From positions 416,001-480,000 of the forward strand of contig CAVSCK010000003.1 in the NCBI GenBank assembly GCA_963726455.1: a DNA stretch of 64,000 bases, read 5' to 3'. This DNA comes from an uncultured bacterium. Its GTDB lineage: Bacteria; Zixibacteria; MSB-5A5; CAIYYT01. Positions within the stretch are counted from its first letter, which is position 1. The number at the start of each line of letters is the position of its first letter. A program made the position numbers and the translations under genes. Positions 19,888 through 32,153 of the stretch are shown here, one piece after another. A model generated the notes under the pieces. That model saw only the letters and a list, made by a program, of their open reading frames with translations, was not told where the DNA came from and searched no databases.

Positions 19888-20436
19888 ATGGAATCGCAGC
19901 AAGTTGCCGAACGATACGCTCGTGGTCTGTTTGAACTGACCGAGCAACTCAAGAATACCGATACGGTCCATCAGGATTTCGACGATCTGGCCGGCATCCT
20001 GAAACAGGATGATGCCCTAATTCGGTTTCTGGCGGCGCCGCAGATTCTCGACAGCGACAAGATTGCCGTCATGGAGAAAATATTCAAAGGCAAAGTTGCC
20101 GACCCGCTCTATCACTTGCTGCAACTGGTCGTCGCGAAACGCCGCACGGATTTCCTGGCGAATATCGCGGCAGAATACGACAACTTATATAATGATAGCA
20201 AAGGAATTGTCGCGACCCGCCTGGTCAGCGCCGTCCCGTTTACGGCTGAGGAAATCAACGGCATCAGGACACGGCTGAACAAGTTGACGGGAAAATCCAT
20301 TGATATCGAAACCGAAGTCGATCCCGCAATTATTGGCGGAGTTATCGCTTTCGTCGGTGATAAGATTATTGACGTATCGATTCGTCACGAGCTGCAGATT
20401 TTGCGCGAAAAACTGCTGGAGCTCAAGGTTAACTGA
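19888..20436 (+). CDS. atpH: ATP synthase F1 subunit delta
   Basis: VAERYARGLF and VDPAIIGG motifs. Confidence 0.93.
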   Translation: MESQQVAERYARGLFELTEQLKNTDTVHQDFDDLAGILKQDDALIRFLAAPQILDSDKIAVMEKIFKGKVADPLYHLLQLVVAKRRTDFLANIAAEYDNLYNDSKGIVATRLVSAVPFTAEEINGIRTRLNKLTGKSIDIETEVDPAIIGGVIAFVGDKIIDVSIRHELQILREKLLELKVN

Positions 20437-20476
20437 TTTTGAATAATGATATTTGACGATATGGGAGTCGAATGGC

Positions 20477-21988
20477 ATGGCGTTAAAACCTGAAGAAGTA
20501 AGTGCGATAATCAAACAGCAGATTTCCGGCTATGAAACCAAGCTGGAAATGGAGTCCGTCGGTACGGTGCTGCAGGTCGGCGACGGCATTGCGCGCGTCT
20601 GGGGACTGCGCGATGTCATGATGTCGGAACTGGTCACCTTCCCCGGTGACGTCACCGGCGTCGTGCTCAACCTGGAATCCGACAACGTCGGTATTGCCGT
20701 GATGGGTGATGACCGCAACATTAATGAAGGCGACACGGTCAGACGCACGGGCCGTATTGCTTCGGTTCCGGTCGGTGATGCTCTGGTCGGCCGCGTAGTA
20801 AATCCGTTGGGCGAGCCGTTGGACGGCAAAGGCCCGATCGCGACGACCAAGTTCCGCAATATTGAATCCGTTGCTCCCAACGTGGTACAACGCCAGCCAG
20901 TGAAAGAACCGCTGCAGACCGGCCTGAAAGCCATTGACTCCATGATTCCCATTGGCCGCGGCCAGCGCGAACTGATCATTGGCGACCGCCAGACCGGCAA
21001 GACCGCAATCGCCCTTGACACGATTATCAACCAGAAGAACACTGACGTCTTCTGTATCTATGTCGCCATCGGGCAGAAATCGTCGACGGTCGCGCAGGTA
21101 GTCGGTATTCTTGAAGATCACGATGCCATGAAATATACGACGGTTGTCGCAGCCGAGGCATCGGCGCCGGCGCCGCTGCAGTTCCTGGCGCCTTATGCCG
21201 GCGTGGCTATGGGCGAAGAATTCATGTATTCCAAGCGGCACGTCGTTGTCATCTATGACGACTTGTCCAAGCATGCCCAGTCGTACCGCCAGCTATCACT
21301 GCTGCTGAGACGGCCGCCGGGACGTGAAGCGTATCCGGGCGACGTGTTCTATTTGCATTCGCGCCTGTTGGAGCGTGCGGCAAAGCTTTCGGACGAACTC
21401 GGTGGCGGATCGCTGACCGCGTTGCCGGTTATCGAAACGCAGGCCGGTGACGTTTCGGCATACATTCCGACCAACGTGATCTCGATCACGGACGGACAGA
21501 TCTTCCTCGAATCCGACTTGTTCTATGCCGGCATTCGTCCCGGCATTAACGTCGGTATTTCGGTGTCGCGCGTCGGCGGTAACGCCCAGACCAAGGCGAT
21601 GAAGAAAGTTGCCGGCAGACTTCGTCTCGATCTGGCTCAGTATCGCGAACTGGCTGCATTCGCGCAGTTCGGCTCCGACCTCGACGAGGCCACGCAGGCG
21701 CAGTTGACTAGAGGTGCGCGCATGACGGAGATTCTCAAGCAGGGCCAGTACGTCCCGATGCCGCTGGAGCGCCAGGTGATGATCGTTTGGTCGGCGGTCA
21801 ACGGTTATCTCGACAATTTACCGTTGGACAAAGTCAAACCGTTTGAAGACGGTTTCTACCCGTACATCGACAAGAATTACCCCGACATCCCGCATACGAT
21901 TGCCGACAAGAAGGTGATCGATGACGCATTGGAAGCGAAGCTGAAGGAAGCGGTCGGAAAATACAAAGCGGAGTTTTTGAAAAAGTAG
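20477..21988 (+). CDS. atpA: ATP synthase F1 subunit alpha
   Basis: GDRQTGKT and [23 protein letters not shown] motifs. Confidence 0.98.
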   Translation: MALKPEEVSAIIKQQISGYETKLEMESVGTVLQVGDGIARVWGLRDVMMSELVTFPGDVTGVVLNLESDNVGIAVMGDDRNINEGDTVRRTGRIASVPVGDALVGRVVNPLGEPLDGKGPIATTKFRNIESVAPNVVQRQPVKEPLQTGLKAIDSMIPIGRGQRELIIGDRQTGKTAIALDTIINQKNTDVFCIYVAIGQKSSTVAQVVGILEDHDAMKYTTVVAAEASAPAPLQFLAPYAGVAMGEEFMYSKRHVVVIYDDLSKHAQSYRQLSLLLRRPPGREAYPGDVFYLHSRLLERAAKLSDELGGGSLTALPVIETQAGDVSAYIPTNVISITDGQIFLESDLFYAGIRPGINVGISVSRVGGNAQTKAMKKVAGRLRLDLAQYRELAAFAQFGSDLDEATQAQLTRGARMTEILKQGQYVPMPLERQVMIVWSAVNGYLDNLPLDKVKPFEDGFYPYIDKNYPDIPHTIADKKVIDDALEAKLKEAVGKYKAEFLKK

Positions 21989-22847
21989 ATGCCTACACCT
22001 CGCGACATACGCAAGCGCATCCGCGCCGTTACCAACATCAGCCAGATCACGCGGGCGATGCAAATGGTGGCTGCGGCACGACTGCGCAAGGCGCAGATGA
22101 TGGTCGAACAATCACGCCCCTATTCTGAAAAGATGCGGCTGATTCTCGAACAGATTTCGTCGGCTTCGGCTGAGGTTGAACATCCGTTCTTCGAGCAGCG
22201 CGAAGTCAACAAGCGCGTTCTGGTAGTCTTTACTTCCGATCGCGGCATGTGCGGCTCGTACAATTCGAACGTAGTTCGGCAAGCAGTCCGAATGCTGCGC
22301 GAACCGGGCGGCGAGAACATCCAGTTGGTGTTGGTCGGCAAGAAGGCGGAAGATTTCTTCCGTCGCCAAAGCTGGCCGGTTCTGAAAATCTACAAGGGCC
22401 TGCAGGGACGCATGAACCTCGACGTCGTGCGCGACCTGACGAATTACCTGATCAGTCTTTTCGTTTCCGCACGAAGTCGACAAGGTGCAACTGCTTTACA
22501 CGCGATTTATCTCGATGGTGTCATACAAGCTGGGAGTCGCTGATTTCCTGCCTATCGTTCCGCCCGCGGCGGACAAGGCGGGCAACCGGCAGTATATATT
22601 CGAACCCGATCCGAAACAGATTTTCGATTCGCTGATGCCGGCCTTTGCGCTGACAATCGTGCAGATGGCTCTGGCGGATTCTTTGGCGTCCGAACATGGC
22701 ACGCGCATGATCGCAATGAGTCTGTCGACGCGCAACGCCGAGGAAATGATTGACACCTTGACGATGCAGTACAACAAAGCCCGACAGTCGGCGATCACGA
22801 AGGAATTGCTGGAAATCGTCTCCGGTGCGGAGGCGTTGCGGGGCTAG
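21989..22847 (+). CDS. atpG: ATP synthase F1 subunit gamma, split by a +1 frameshift near 22469 (probable sequence error)
   Basis: QITRAMQMVAAA in one frame; SEHGTRMIAM...YNKARQSAITKEL in the next frame. Confidence 0.93.
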
Positions 22848-22906
22848 CCGGACCATTGGTTCGGCGCTGAACTGGAAGAATAATGCTTAGCTGCTTAGGA
22901 GAATAG

Positions 22907-24320
<1,414 letters not shown>

Positions 24321-24323
24321 GCG

Positions 24324-24725
24324 ATGTTTCGGCTGGCAATCGTCTCGCCTGAACGCACGCTGTTTGAAGACAGCGTGGAATCGTTGATAGTCCCCGGAGG
24401 CGAGGGCTATCTGGGAATTTTGTCGAACCATGCCCCGCTGATCTCGACGCTCAAAGTCGGCGAGATTGCCTTCCGCGATAAAGAGAAGAAAGAGATCTTC
24501 ATGGCAACCAGCGGCGGCTTTGTGGAAGTGTCGAACAATGTCGCTACGCTTCTGGTGGACACGGCCGAATTCGTGAATGAAATTGACCTGAATCGCGCCG
24601 AAAGTGAACTGAAAAGGGCGGAAGAAATGCTCAACCTCCCCATCTCCGGCAGCGATCTGGAGCTGGCGCGCCATTCCAAGGAAAAGGCGCGAAACCGCAT
24701 TAATCTGGTCAAGAAATACAGGTAG
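24324..24725 (+). CDS. atpC: ATP synthase F1 subunit epsilon
   Basis: IVSPER, GILSNHAPLI and SGGFVEV motifs. Confidence 0.95.
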   Translation: MFRLAIVSPERTLFEDSVESLIVPGGEGYLGILSNHAPLISTLKVGEIAFRDKEKKEIFMATSGGFVEVSNNVATLLVDTAEFVNEIDLNRAESELKRAEEMLNLPISGSDLELARHSKEKARNRINLVKKYR

Positions 24726-24880
24726 CTTCGCAAGCGCTTTCGAGCCGATAGCAACCTCTCATTTGCTGCCTCTCCCCTATCGACTTTCTGCAAACCCATT
24801 CGAGCATTTTTTGTTGCGCTCGGAGTCCTCGACCGCCGTTCTTATGGTATCTGTAAGAAATATTCTAAAGGAGGTACAAG

Positions 24881-25870
24881 ATGATCAGGCCACTGCTAAT
24901 CCTCTCCGCACTTTTGGTGATACTAAGTTCAGGTCTTATTGCCGGACAGGAAACAACCTCGCCGATGGAACGTGTCAACACTTACTCGATAGTGGCGTAC
25001 GACAGTGCCACCGGGCAATTCGGCGCCGCCGTGCAGTCGCATTACTTCAAGGTCGCGGATGTCATCTGGCTGGAGCCGGGCGTCGGCGCAGTGGCAACAC
25101 AGTCGCTGGTTGATTTCGCCTACGGGCCGCTTGGCCTCGATATGATGTTAAACGGCAAATCCGCAAGTGACGCTTTGAAGGGATTGCTGGCCAGTGATTC
25201 TTTGAACCGGGTGCGGCAGGTTTCGATGATCGACAGAAACGGAACGGTAGCGACTCATACGGGCAGTAAGTGCATTGCCTATGCGGGGCATCATATGGGC
25301 AAGTTCTATTCCTGTCAGGCCAATCTGATGCGGGATTCCACCGTCTGGGGCGCGATGGCGAAAGCATTTGAAAGCACGACCGGCGAACTGGCTGACCGAA
25401 TGATGGCGGCGCTGGAAGCGGCGCAGGGCCAAGGCGGCGACATCCGCGGTATGCAATCGGCAGCGATGGTGGTGGTGACTGGCAAACCGACGGGAATGTC
25501 GTGGAAGGATCGCCAGATTGACATCCGCGTGGACGATTCGCCGCAGCCGCTGATAGAGCTGAAACGACTGCTCGATTTGACGCGCGCCTACGAACACATG
25601 AACAACGGCGATGACGCGATTGCGGTCAAGAATTGGGATAAAGCCGGTCAGGAATATGGTACCGCCGCGAAACTGGCGCCGGGAAATCTGGAAGTCATGT
25701 ACTGGTATGCGGTATCGCTGGTTACGGCGAATCAGGTTGATAAGGCGCTGCCGATATTCAAAGACATCTTCAAACAGGACGCGAGTTGGCGGACACTGAT
25801 TCCGCGCCTGGTTGACGCCGACCAGTTGCCAAACAAGCCGGATGTGATCAAACAGATCATGGCGCAGTAA
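24881..25870 (+). CDS. Secreted DUF1028 (Ntn-hydrolase-like) protein with C-terminal TPR
   Basis: Signal peptide, TYSIVAYD, GVGAVATQ, GGDIRGMQSAA and RVDDSPQP motifs. Confidence 0.85.
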   Translation: MIRPLLILSALLVILSSGLIAGQETTSPMERVNTYSIVAYDSATGQFGAAVQSHYFKVADVIWLEPGVGAVATQSLVDFAYGPLGLDMMLNGKSASDALKGLLASDSLNRVRQVSMIDRNGTVATHTGSKCIAYAGHHMGKFYSCQANLMRDSTVWGAMAKAFESTTGELADRMMAALEAAQGQGGDIRGMQSAAMVVVTGKPTGMSWKDRQIDIRVDDSPQPLIELKRLLDLTRAYEHMNNGDDAIAVKNWDKAGQEYGTAAKLAPGNLEVMYWYAVSLVTANQVDKALPIFKDIFKQDASWRTLIPRLVDADQLPNKPDVIKQIMAQ

Positions 25871-25880
25871 CAAACGTTAC

Positions 25881-25909
25881 GGGGCGTGGTGGCCACGCCC
25901 CTTCTTTTT
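25881..25909 (+). terminator. Rho-independent terminator
   Basis: GGGGCGTGG-TGG-CCACGCCCC followed by TTCTTTTT. Confidence 0.85.
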
Positions 25910-26009
25910 GGCGAATCCATTGAACAAATGGACCTGCCTATCCGTCTTCAAATATTGAATACATACGCCTACGTGGCAGTTGGTTGCCACAGCCCAGGGA
26001 GGACGGAAT

Positions 26010-26444
26010 ATGCTTAGACTCATCATTCTGGCGTCCGCGATTTGTGTCGTATTCGCCATATTTGCGTGTGGCGACCACGGCACGACGCCAAAATCTGACT
26101 CGCACATTTTCCAGATTGGCCGGTGCCAGGGCACCGTCGGCTCCGCTGCATTGTCGGCGGATTCGTGTTTTGTATGGTCGTTCGGCCAAACGCTGCTGAT
26201 TGATTTTTGTGTGGCGGCCAACTGCTGTCCCGACACGAATCGATTTGCGCTCAGCAGCCAAATACGGAACGACACGATTCTGATCTCGGTGACCGACACT
26301 GCGGCCAGTCTGTGCAGTTGCGATTGCGGTTACATAATTCGGGCGGAATTTGATAGTGCGCCGGAGTACGTCTACCAGGTAATGGTGTATTATGGCGGAT
26401 CGTTACTTTATAGTCGCGAGATAAATCGTTATATCATCTTCTGA
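26010..26444 (+). CDS. Cys-rich hypothetical lipoprotein
   Basis: Lipobox IFAC; ANCC and LCSCDC motifs; RBS GGAGG. Confidence 0.7.
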   Translation: MLRLIILASAICVVFAIFACGDHGTTPKSDSHIFQIGRCQGTVGSAALSADSCFVWSFGQTLLIDFCVAANCCPDTNRFALSSQIRNDTILISVTDTAASLCSCDCGYIIRAEFDSAPEYVYQVMVYYGGSLLYSREINRYIIF

Positions 26445-26484
26445 CCCTTTCAACACGATCTCATGCCACTAACCGCCAGTCCTA

Positions 26485-26943
26485 TCACGCCGCTTTCTCC
26501 AGGTGCGTGAGAATCTTCATAATCAGTTCGTTCTGTCGTTCCAGGTGCAGGAGAATCGCTTCAATCTCGCGTTCGGCCTTGACATTGACCTCGAAATCTG
26601 ACTCCGCCCGCACTTCGGCATGTCGTCCCTGAAGGTTCTGCCCGATCATGATCAGCGGCATCAGGAAGATCTGTAGCATATTGGAAATGAAGAGCCACAG
26701 CACAAAGGCCGGAAAGGGATCGAATCGCATACTTGCCGGACCGAGAGTATTCCAGCCGAGCCAACACATGGTCCAGACCAGAATGATCAGAAAGAATCCC
26801 ATCGAACCAACCTGATCGGTGATTACGACGGCGAATCGTTCAAGCGGACTCAGCCGCTGATTGTGTACGACGTTGACATTGATGATCGGCTTGCGAAGTC
26901 TCTTTAGTTCCTCGTGCGACAGTGCTTGGGTCTTGTTACTCAT
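26485..26943 (-). CDS. DUF1003 membrane protein
   Basis: VGSMGFF, FDPFPAFVL and PLIMIGQN motifs. Confidence 0.85.
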   Translation of the reverse strand: MSNKTQALSHEELKRLRKPIINVNVVHNQRLSPLERFAVVITDQVGSMGFFLIILVWTMCWLGWNTLGPASMRFDPFPAFVLWLFISNMLQIFLMPLIMIGQNLQGRHAEVRAESDFEVNVKAEREIEAILLHLERQNELIMKILTHLEKAA

Positions 26944-27150
26944 ATTATTCTCCGGCGTTTCGTGATTACCTCTTTCATTGATGATTGTATAGTCAGCGAT
27001 TGGTTAAGATCAGTGATTGAAAGTTGCCGGACAAGGGGGTTCGCACCGACAATTCTGGAACGTGGCCTGGATTAGTACATTTTGCTCCATCCAGAATTCG
27101 TTTCGCCCGTATACTTTTTGTGAGCGTCAACCCTGGCAAAAGGAGCAATA

Positions 27151-27543
27151 ATGGCTTACAAAGGGTACTTAACGTTTGCTGTCGTGCTATTGGCCTTATT
27201 AACGGCATGCGGCAATAATTCGCTGGCCCCGTTCCAGCCCGAGATTAACAACAAGCCGGACAATTTTCAGTTTCAGGCAACCGGCATATCTAATGTCACG
27301 ACCACGCTCGACTACAACTGGCAGAATTCAGGCACGACGGCCAATATCAATCAGGCCTGTTCCGTCAAGGGCGGCAACGCTGCAGTGACTGTTTATGATG
27401 CGAACGGCGTCCAGGTATATTCTCGGAATCTCGCCGACAACGGAACTTTCCCGACGATTGCGGGCGCTGCGGGAACATGGCTCATTCGTGTCACGCTAAC
27501 GGGTTTGTCGGGTACGCTCAATTTCCGCGCGCAGAAGCCATAA
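27151..27543 (+). CDS. Hypothetical lipoprotein
   Basis: Lipobox LTAC; beta-rich mature domain; RBS AGGAG. Confidence 0.75.
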   Translation: MAYKGYLTFAVVLLALLTACGNNSLAPFQPEINNKPDNFQFQATGISNVTTTLDYNWQNSGTTANINQACSVKGGNAAVTVYDANGVQVYSRNLADNGTFPTIAGAAGTWLIRVTLTGLSGTLNFRAQKP

Positions 27544-27642
27544 CCGCGAGCGCCCTCACCTTCTGTCCCACGCCAACGTGGTGAGGCAAGAAGCTTGCGC
27601 GCCAATCAGTTCAAAATGAGCGTTAATTCCTGTAAAAACGGC

Positions 27643-27671
27643 TTGGATAATTTAACTTTAGTTCGTATATT
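27643..27671 (+). promoter_or_regulatory. Sigma-70 promoter of typA, followed by a ~140-nt leader
   Basis: TTGGAT-17 nt-TATATT. Confidence 0.55.
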
Positions 27672-27816
27672 AGGGGCTGTCCATGAGCCCGGCGGCGAGG
27701 AGCTACCGGGCGACTTCTTAATTGATCTCCCTCTCATTGATACCGTCAGGGGGCTTCAGTGTGGAGAGTTTAAGCACTGCGGGATGCACCCGCGCCGGAA
27801 GAGGTTTATTCGTCCT

Positions 27817-29692
27817 ATGATTCCTGTCAAACGCATTCGCAACCTTGCGATCATCGCCCATATCGACCACGGTAAAACCACCCTGATTGATTCGATCTTT
27901 CGCGCCACCCGGACCTTCCGCGATAATCAGCAGGTGGCGGAACGACTGATGGACAACAACGACCTCGAACGGGAGCGCGGGATTACGATTCGCGCCAAGC
28001 ATTGCACGGTTAATTGGAAAGATTATCTCATCAATATCATCGATACGCCCGGGCATGCCGATTTCTCCGGCGAGGTGGAACGCGTCCTCTCGATGGTTGA
28101 CTCGGTGTTGCTGTTGGTGGACGCCAACGAAGGCCCGATGCCGCAAACACGCTACGTTCTGATGCGCTCACTGCGGCTGGGTCTGCGCCCGATCGTCATA
28201 ATCAACAAAGTCGATCGCCCGAACGCTCGCCCCGATTTCGCACTCGACAAAACCTTTGATCTGTTTATCGAACTGGGCGCCACCGACGAACAGGCGCACT
28301 TCCCCGTTCTCTATGGTTCCGGGCTTGACGGCTGGTTTGTCAAGGATCTGGACAAGGACGAGCACGAAGGAATGGATGCGCTGTTCGAGACGGTGATCAA
28401 GAAAGTTCCGCATCCGAAAGCCAATCAGGACGGCCCGTTTCTGATGCAGGTCAGCACGCTCGCCTGGAGTGATTATATCGGCCAGATCGGCTGCGGCCGC
28501 GTGCTCAGCGGTACGCTGGACAAAGGCGCGGATTTTACGCGCCATACCGTGCAGTGGAAGGACGCCTTAAATCAGGATGCCGGCTGGGATATTGTCAGTT
28601 CATCCAAGGAAAAAGGCGTGCATCTATGGGTGACGCGCGGACTGCAACGAGTTGAAGCGGAAAAGATCAGCGCCGGCGATATTGTCTGGCTGGCAGGCCC
28701 AAGCGAAATCGGTATTGGTGATACATTCTCGGCGATTGAAGAACCCTCGGCGGCACTCAAGCCATTGGAAATCGAAGAACCGACAGTATCGATGTTCTTC
28801 CTCGTCAATACCGGCCCCTTCTCCGGCAGCGACGGCACGGCAATCACGCTGCGCCAGTTGAAAGAACGCCTGACGCGCGAACTGCGCGTCAATGTCGCAT
28901 TGCGTATGGAAGACTTGGGTCGCAGCGACGGTGTGAAAGTGTCGGGGCGTGGCGAGTTGCATCTGGCAATTTTGATCGAAGAAATGCGCCGCGAAGGTCT
29001 GGAGTTTTGCATCTCGCGTCCGGAAGTCATCACACGCCAGGACGACGAAGGCAATACACTGGAACCGGTCGAACAACTGATCATCGACGTGCCCGAGCAA
29101 TATCAGGGCGTCATCATCGAGAAGCTGGCGCGCCGCAAAGGCGAACTGCGCAGCATCGAAAACGCCGGCACCAATTTGATCCGCATCGAGTTTGAAATCA
29201 CCACCCGCGGCCTGATCGGCTATCGGTCTGAGTTTATGACCGACACGCGCGGCCTCGGGAATCATGGCGTCGCGCTTTACCGGCTATGGTCCGTGGAAGG
29301 GCGAAATCAACCCGCGCAACCGTGGTTCCGTGGTCAGCATGGAGACCGGCCCGGCGACCGCCTATGCGATTGAAGGCCTGCAGGAACGGGCGACCATTTT
29401 TGTCGACCCGACCGAACGCGTCTACACTGGCCAGATCGTGGGCGAAAATTCGCGCCCCGATGATCTTCCCTGCAATCCGACCAAACGCAAGAACCTGACC
29501 AATCATCGCTCATCCACCAAAGATATCGGCGTGGCGCTCGACGTGCCGCGCAAGATGTCGTTGGAACAGGCGATGGAATGGATCGCGGCCGATGAATTGG
29601 TGGAAGTCACCCCCAAAGCCATCCGCATGCGCAAGACGATTCTCAATTACGAACAGCGCCGACGCGCCGAAAAAGACCGCACCGCGGCGTAA
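27817..29692 (+). CDS. typA: Translational GTPase TypA/BipA, +1 frameshift near 29260 (probable sequence error)
   Basis: [17 protein letters not shown] and [19 protein letters not shown]; C-terminal [15 protein letters not shown] in the next frame. Confidence 0.95.
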
Positions 29693-29736
29693 GTTGCCTG
29701 CGAACCCGCCGCGAATGTCTACGAAGCTGCTCATTC

Positions 29737-30123
29737 CCCTCTTGAGAGGGGAACTAAAGGGGTGTGTTCCGTGTCCCAACGCAGCACCCGACTTCCGTAG
29801 ATACCGTCCTTCACGTCACTGGTATTAGGTCAATACCGCTTCGGTTTTTACACTTTATGAATTTGCGCCGTCAGGAATCCCTTCCTGACGGAATCATCTC
29901 GCATGTCCCGGAGCTATGTCATTCCCGCGAAGGCGGGAATCCAGGCTGATTGAATGTTGCGGTAGGTCAGGAGCCCAACTCAAGAATGGGGAAAAGCTTG
30001 GTACCATCAACCTCCTGTCACAACGAACAACCCCAATTGCTCAATTGAGGGCTCCTGACATTCTCATTCCCGATTCATGAGACTTCCGTAGGTCGGGTTC
30101 CCAGCGCAGCGCGGAACCCGACA
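29737..30123. repeat. Cluster of several different palindromic REP-like elements
   Basis: CCCCTCTTGAGAGGGG; CCGTCAGGAA-N4-TTCCTGACGG; ATTCCC-N8-GGGAAT; GTAGGTCAGGAGCCC...GGGCTCCTGACA; GTAGGTCGGGTTCC...GGAACCCGAC. Confidence 0.75.
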
Positions 30124-30144
30124 TGCTTGTTAAGCTAGAGGTGC

Positions 30145-30252
30145 GAAGGTCGGCGTTCCGAGTCCCCTGCCTCACTGCCGCCAACTCCTATTGCAGCTTC
30201 CGCCCATATCTTTCGACACGCTTCCTATTCACCACGGGACGAGAAACCCGAC
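30145..30252 (+). repeat. ~110-bp dispersed repeat with imperfect terminal inverted repeats, copy 1
   Basis: Ends GGTCGGCGTTCCGAGTCCC and CACCACGGGACGAGAAACCCGAC recur reverse-complemented at 36504 and 38998. Confidence 0.8.
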
Positions 30253-30351
30253 ATTTTCCACTGAATTGCCCGCCCACAAAAAAGGTGATTGACCGCAACT
30301 TTTCGGCTGCTATATTTCGATAGTATCGTTCGCTAATCTTGATGAGGAGGC

Positions 30352-30489
30352 ATGACCGTAAGCACCGGCGGAATTCGCAAGTTGATCATCCCGCCTCATC
30401 TTGCCTATGGGCAACACGGATGGGGCGAAGTCGTTCCGCCGAACGCCGCGTTGATAATTGAGGTGGAGCTGTTGGAGGTGAGAGAGTGA
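30352..30489 (+). pseudogene. C-terminal half of an FKBP-type peptidyl-prolyl isomerase (45 aa; not in the ORF track)
   Basis: Translates as MTVSTGGIRKLIIPPHLAYGQHGWGEVVPPNAALIIEVELLEVRE*; RBS GAGGAGG. Confidence 0.75.
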
Positions 30490-30592
30490 TGAGAGGAAGA
30501 TGGGAAGGTGCCAAACGGGCCACAGGGTATTTTGGCGTCAAGAGTATTTCGAGAGGTTTTGGAACTACTGACCTGAAGTCGAGGGGTATTCC

Positions 30593-32032
30593 ATGGATTC
30601 TATAGACTACGAACATCGGCCGCCGCGAATTAGAGAGGAGTGTCTAGGTCTCGTACCGCCCGACAATTGGCAAGTGATACTCAGCGCTGATGGCTGCCAC
30701 GTAGCATTAGTCGTCCGACATCGGAACAAGTGGATGGTATCGGTTGACGGCAAGCAAGGGCCAGAGTTTGATATGATTGGTAAAGGCTCAATTAGATTTA
30801 GTGCTGACGGGATGCATGTGGTATACGTAGCTGCGAGAAACGATAAGTGGACGGTCGTCGTCGATGGCCAGTCTGGCCCAGAGTACGACGCTATTCTCAA
30901 GGACTTTCTTATGTTCAGCCCTGTAGGATATCGACTCGCGTACGGAGCAAGAAGGAGCGAGAGGTCGATAGTAGTATTGGATGGCAGGCCAGACTGTGAG
31001 TATGACGGCATAATGGAGGGTTCGCTAAAATTCAGTTCTGACGGTAAGCATGTAGCATATGCTGCTAAGAAATGTCACAAGTGGATGGTGGTGTTGGACG
31101 GGCAGCCGGGACCAGAACATGACGGGATAGGAGAGGGCTCAATTGGATTTAGTGCTGACGGGATGCATATGGTATACGTAGCTGCGAGAAACGATAAGTG
31201 GACGGTCGTCGTCGATGGCCAGTCTGGCCCAGAGTACGACACGATCTTCAAGGACTCAATGATATTCAGTCCTGTAGGACATCGTTTGGCGTATGGTGCA
31301 AAGAGGGGCGAGAGGTCGATAGTTGTATTGGATGGCAGGCCAGACTGTGAATATGACGGCATAATGGAGGGTTCACTAAAATTCAGCTCTGACGGTAAGC
31401 GTGTAGCATATGCTGCCAAGAAGGGCCAAAAGTGGATGGTGGTGTTGGACGGGCAGCAGGGAATAGAGTATGAGGGGATTGGCAAGGGCTACCCGATAAT
31501 CAGTCCTGGCGGTAAGCACGTTGCTTACAGCGCCCACGAGTATGCTAAGCAGATAATGGTAGTGGACGGTCAGCCGGGGCCCAAATATGACGCCGTCCTT
31601 GGGCTCAGCTTCAGTCCTAACGGTGAGCGAGTATCTTACTCCGCAGCGAAGGAAGGAAAGACGGTAGTTGTGACGGACGGTCTGGCTGGGCCGGAGTATG
31701 ACATGATAATAGGTTCCCCAACATTCAGTTCTGACTCCAAGCGGGTTGCATACATTGCAGGGAAGGATTGGAAAATGGTTCTGGTGGTAGATGGTGTTCC
31801 TGGTCCGGAGTATACAGCGATTTGCCCGGGTACACATATGTTCAGTCCCGACGGACAGCACGTGGCGTTCGTTGCGTGGAAGGGTGAAAAGAAGATCGTA
31901 GTAATGGACAACCTGTCAGGCCCGGAATATGACGCTGTGGGAAAAGGCGGCCCGACTTTTCACTCCGACGGAACGCTAGAATTCTCGGCCGTCAAGTATA
32001 ACGAGCTATATCGCGTAAGGTACCTGCCGTAA
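30593..32032 (+). CDS. TolB/PD40-like repeat beta-propeller protein
   Basis: About 11 repeats of ~39 aa with consensus FSxDGxHVAYxAxxxxKWxVVxDGxxGPEYD. Confidence 0.8.
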   Translation: MDSIDYEHRPPRIREECLGLVPPDNWQVILSADGCHVALVVRHRNKWMVSVDGKQGPEFDMIGKGSIRFSADGMHVVYVAARNDKWTVVVDGQSGPEYDAILKDFLMFSPVGYRLAYGARRSERSIVVLDGRPDCEYDGIMEGSLKFSSDGKHVAYAAKKCHKWMVVLDGQPGPEHDGIGEGSIGFSADGMHMVYVAARNDKWTVVVDGQSGPEYDTIFKDSMIFSPVGHRLAYGAKRGERSIVVLDGRPDCEYDGIMEGSLKFSSDGKRVAYAAKKGQKWMVVLDGQQGIEYEGIGKGYPIISPGGKHVAYSAHEYAKQIMVVDGQPGPKYDAVLGLSFSPNGERVSYSAAKEGKTVVVTDGLAGPEYDMIIGSPTFSSDSKRVAYIAGKDWKMVLVVDGVPGPEYTAICPGTHMFSPDGQHVAFVAWKGEKKIVVMDNLSGPEYDAVGKGGPTFHSDGTLEFSAVKYNELYRVRYLP

Positions 32033-32153
32033 CCTGCAATAATAGTATTCAGTTTAGTATCCAAAGTAAGGCGCCAAGTTATTCTAACGATTCATGTGTA
32101 TTGGCTAGAATAGAGTGCAGAGTCAGTCGAGTGAGATATAAAGTGGCCAGTTG

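Noticed and set aside
29700-30260. CRISPR array or integron attC array
   Set aside because: No regularly spaced identical repeats, no cas or integrase gene, and the palindromes are of different families
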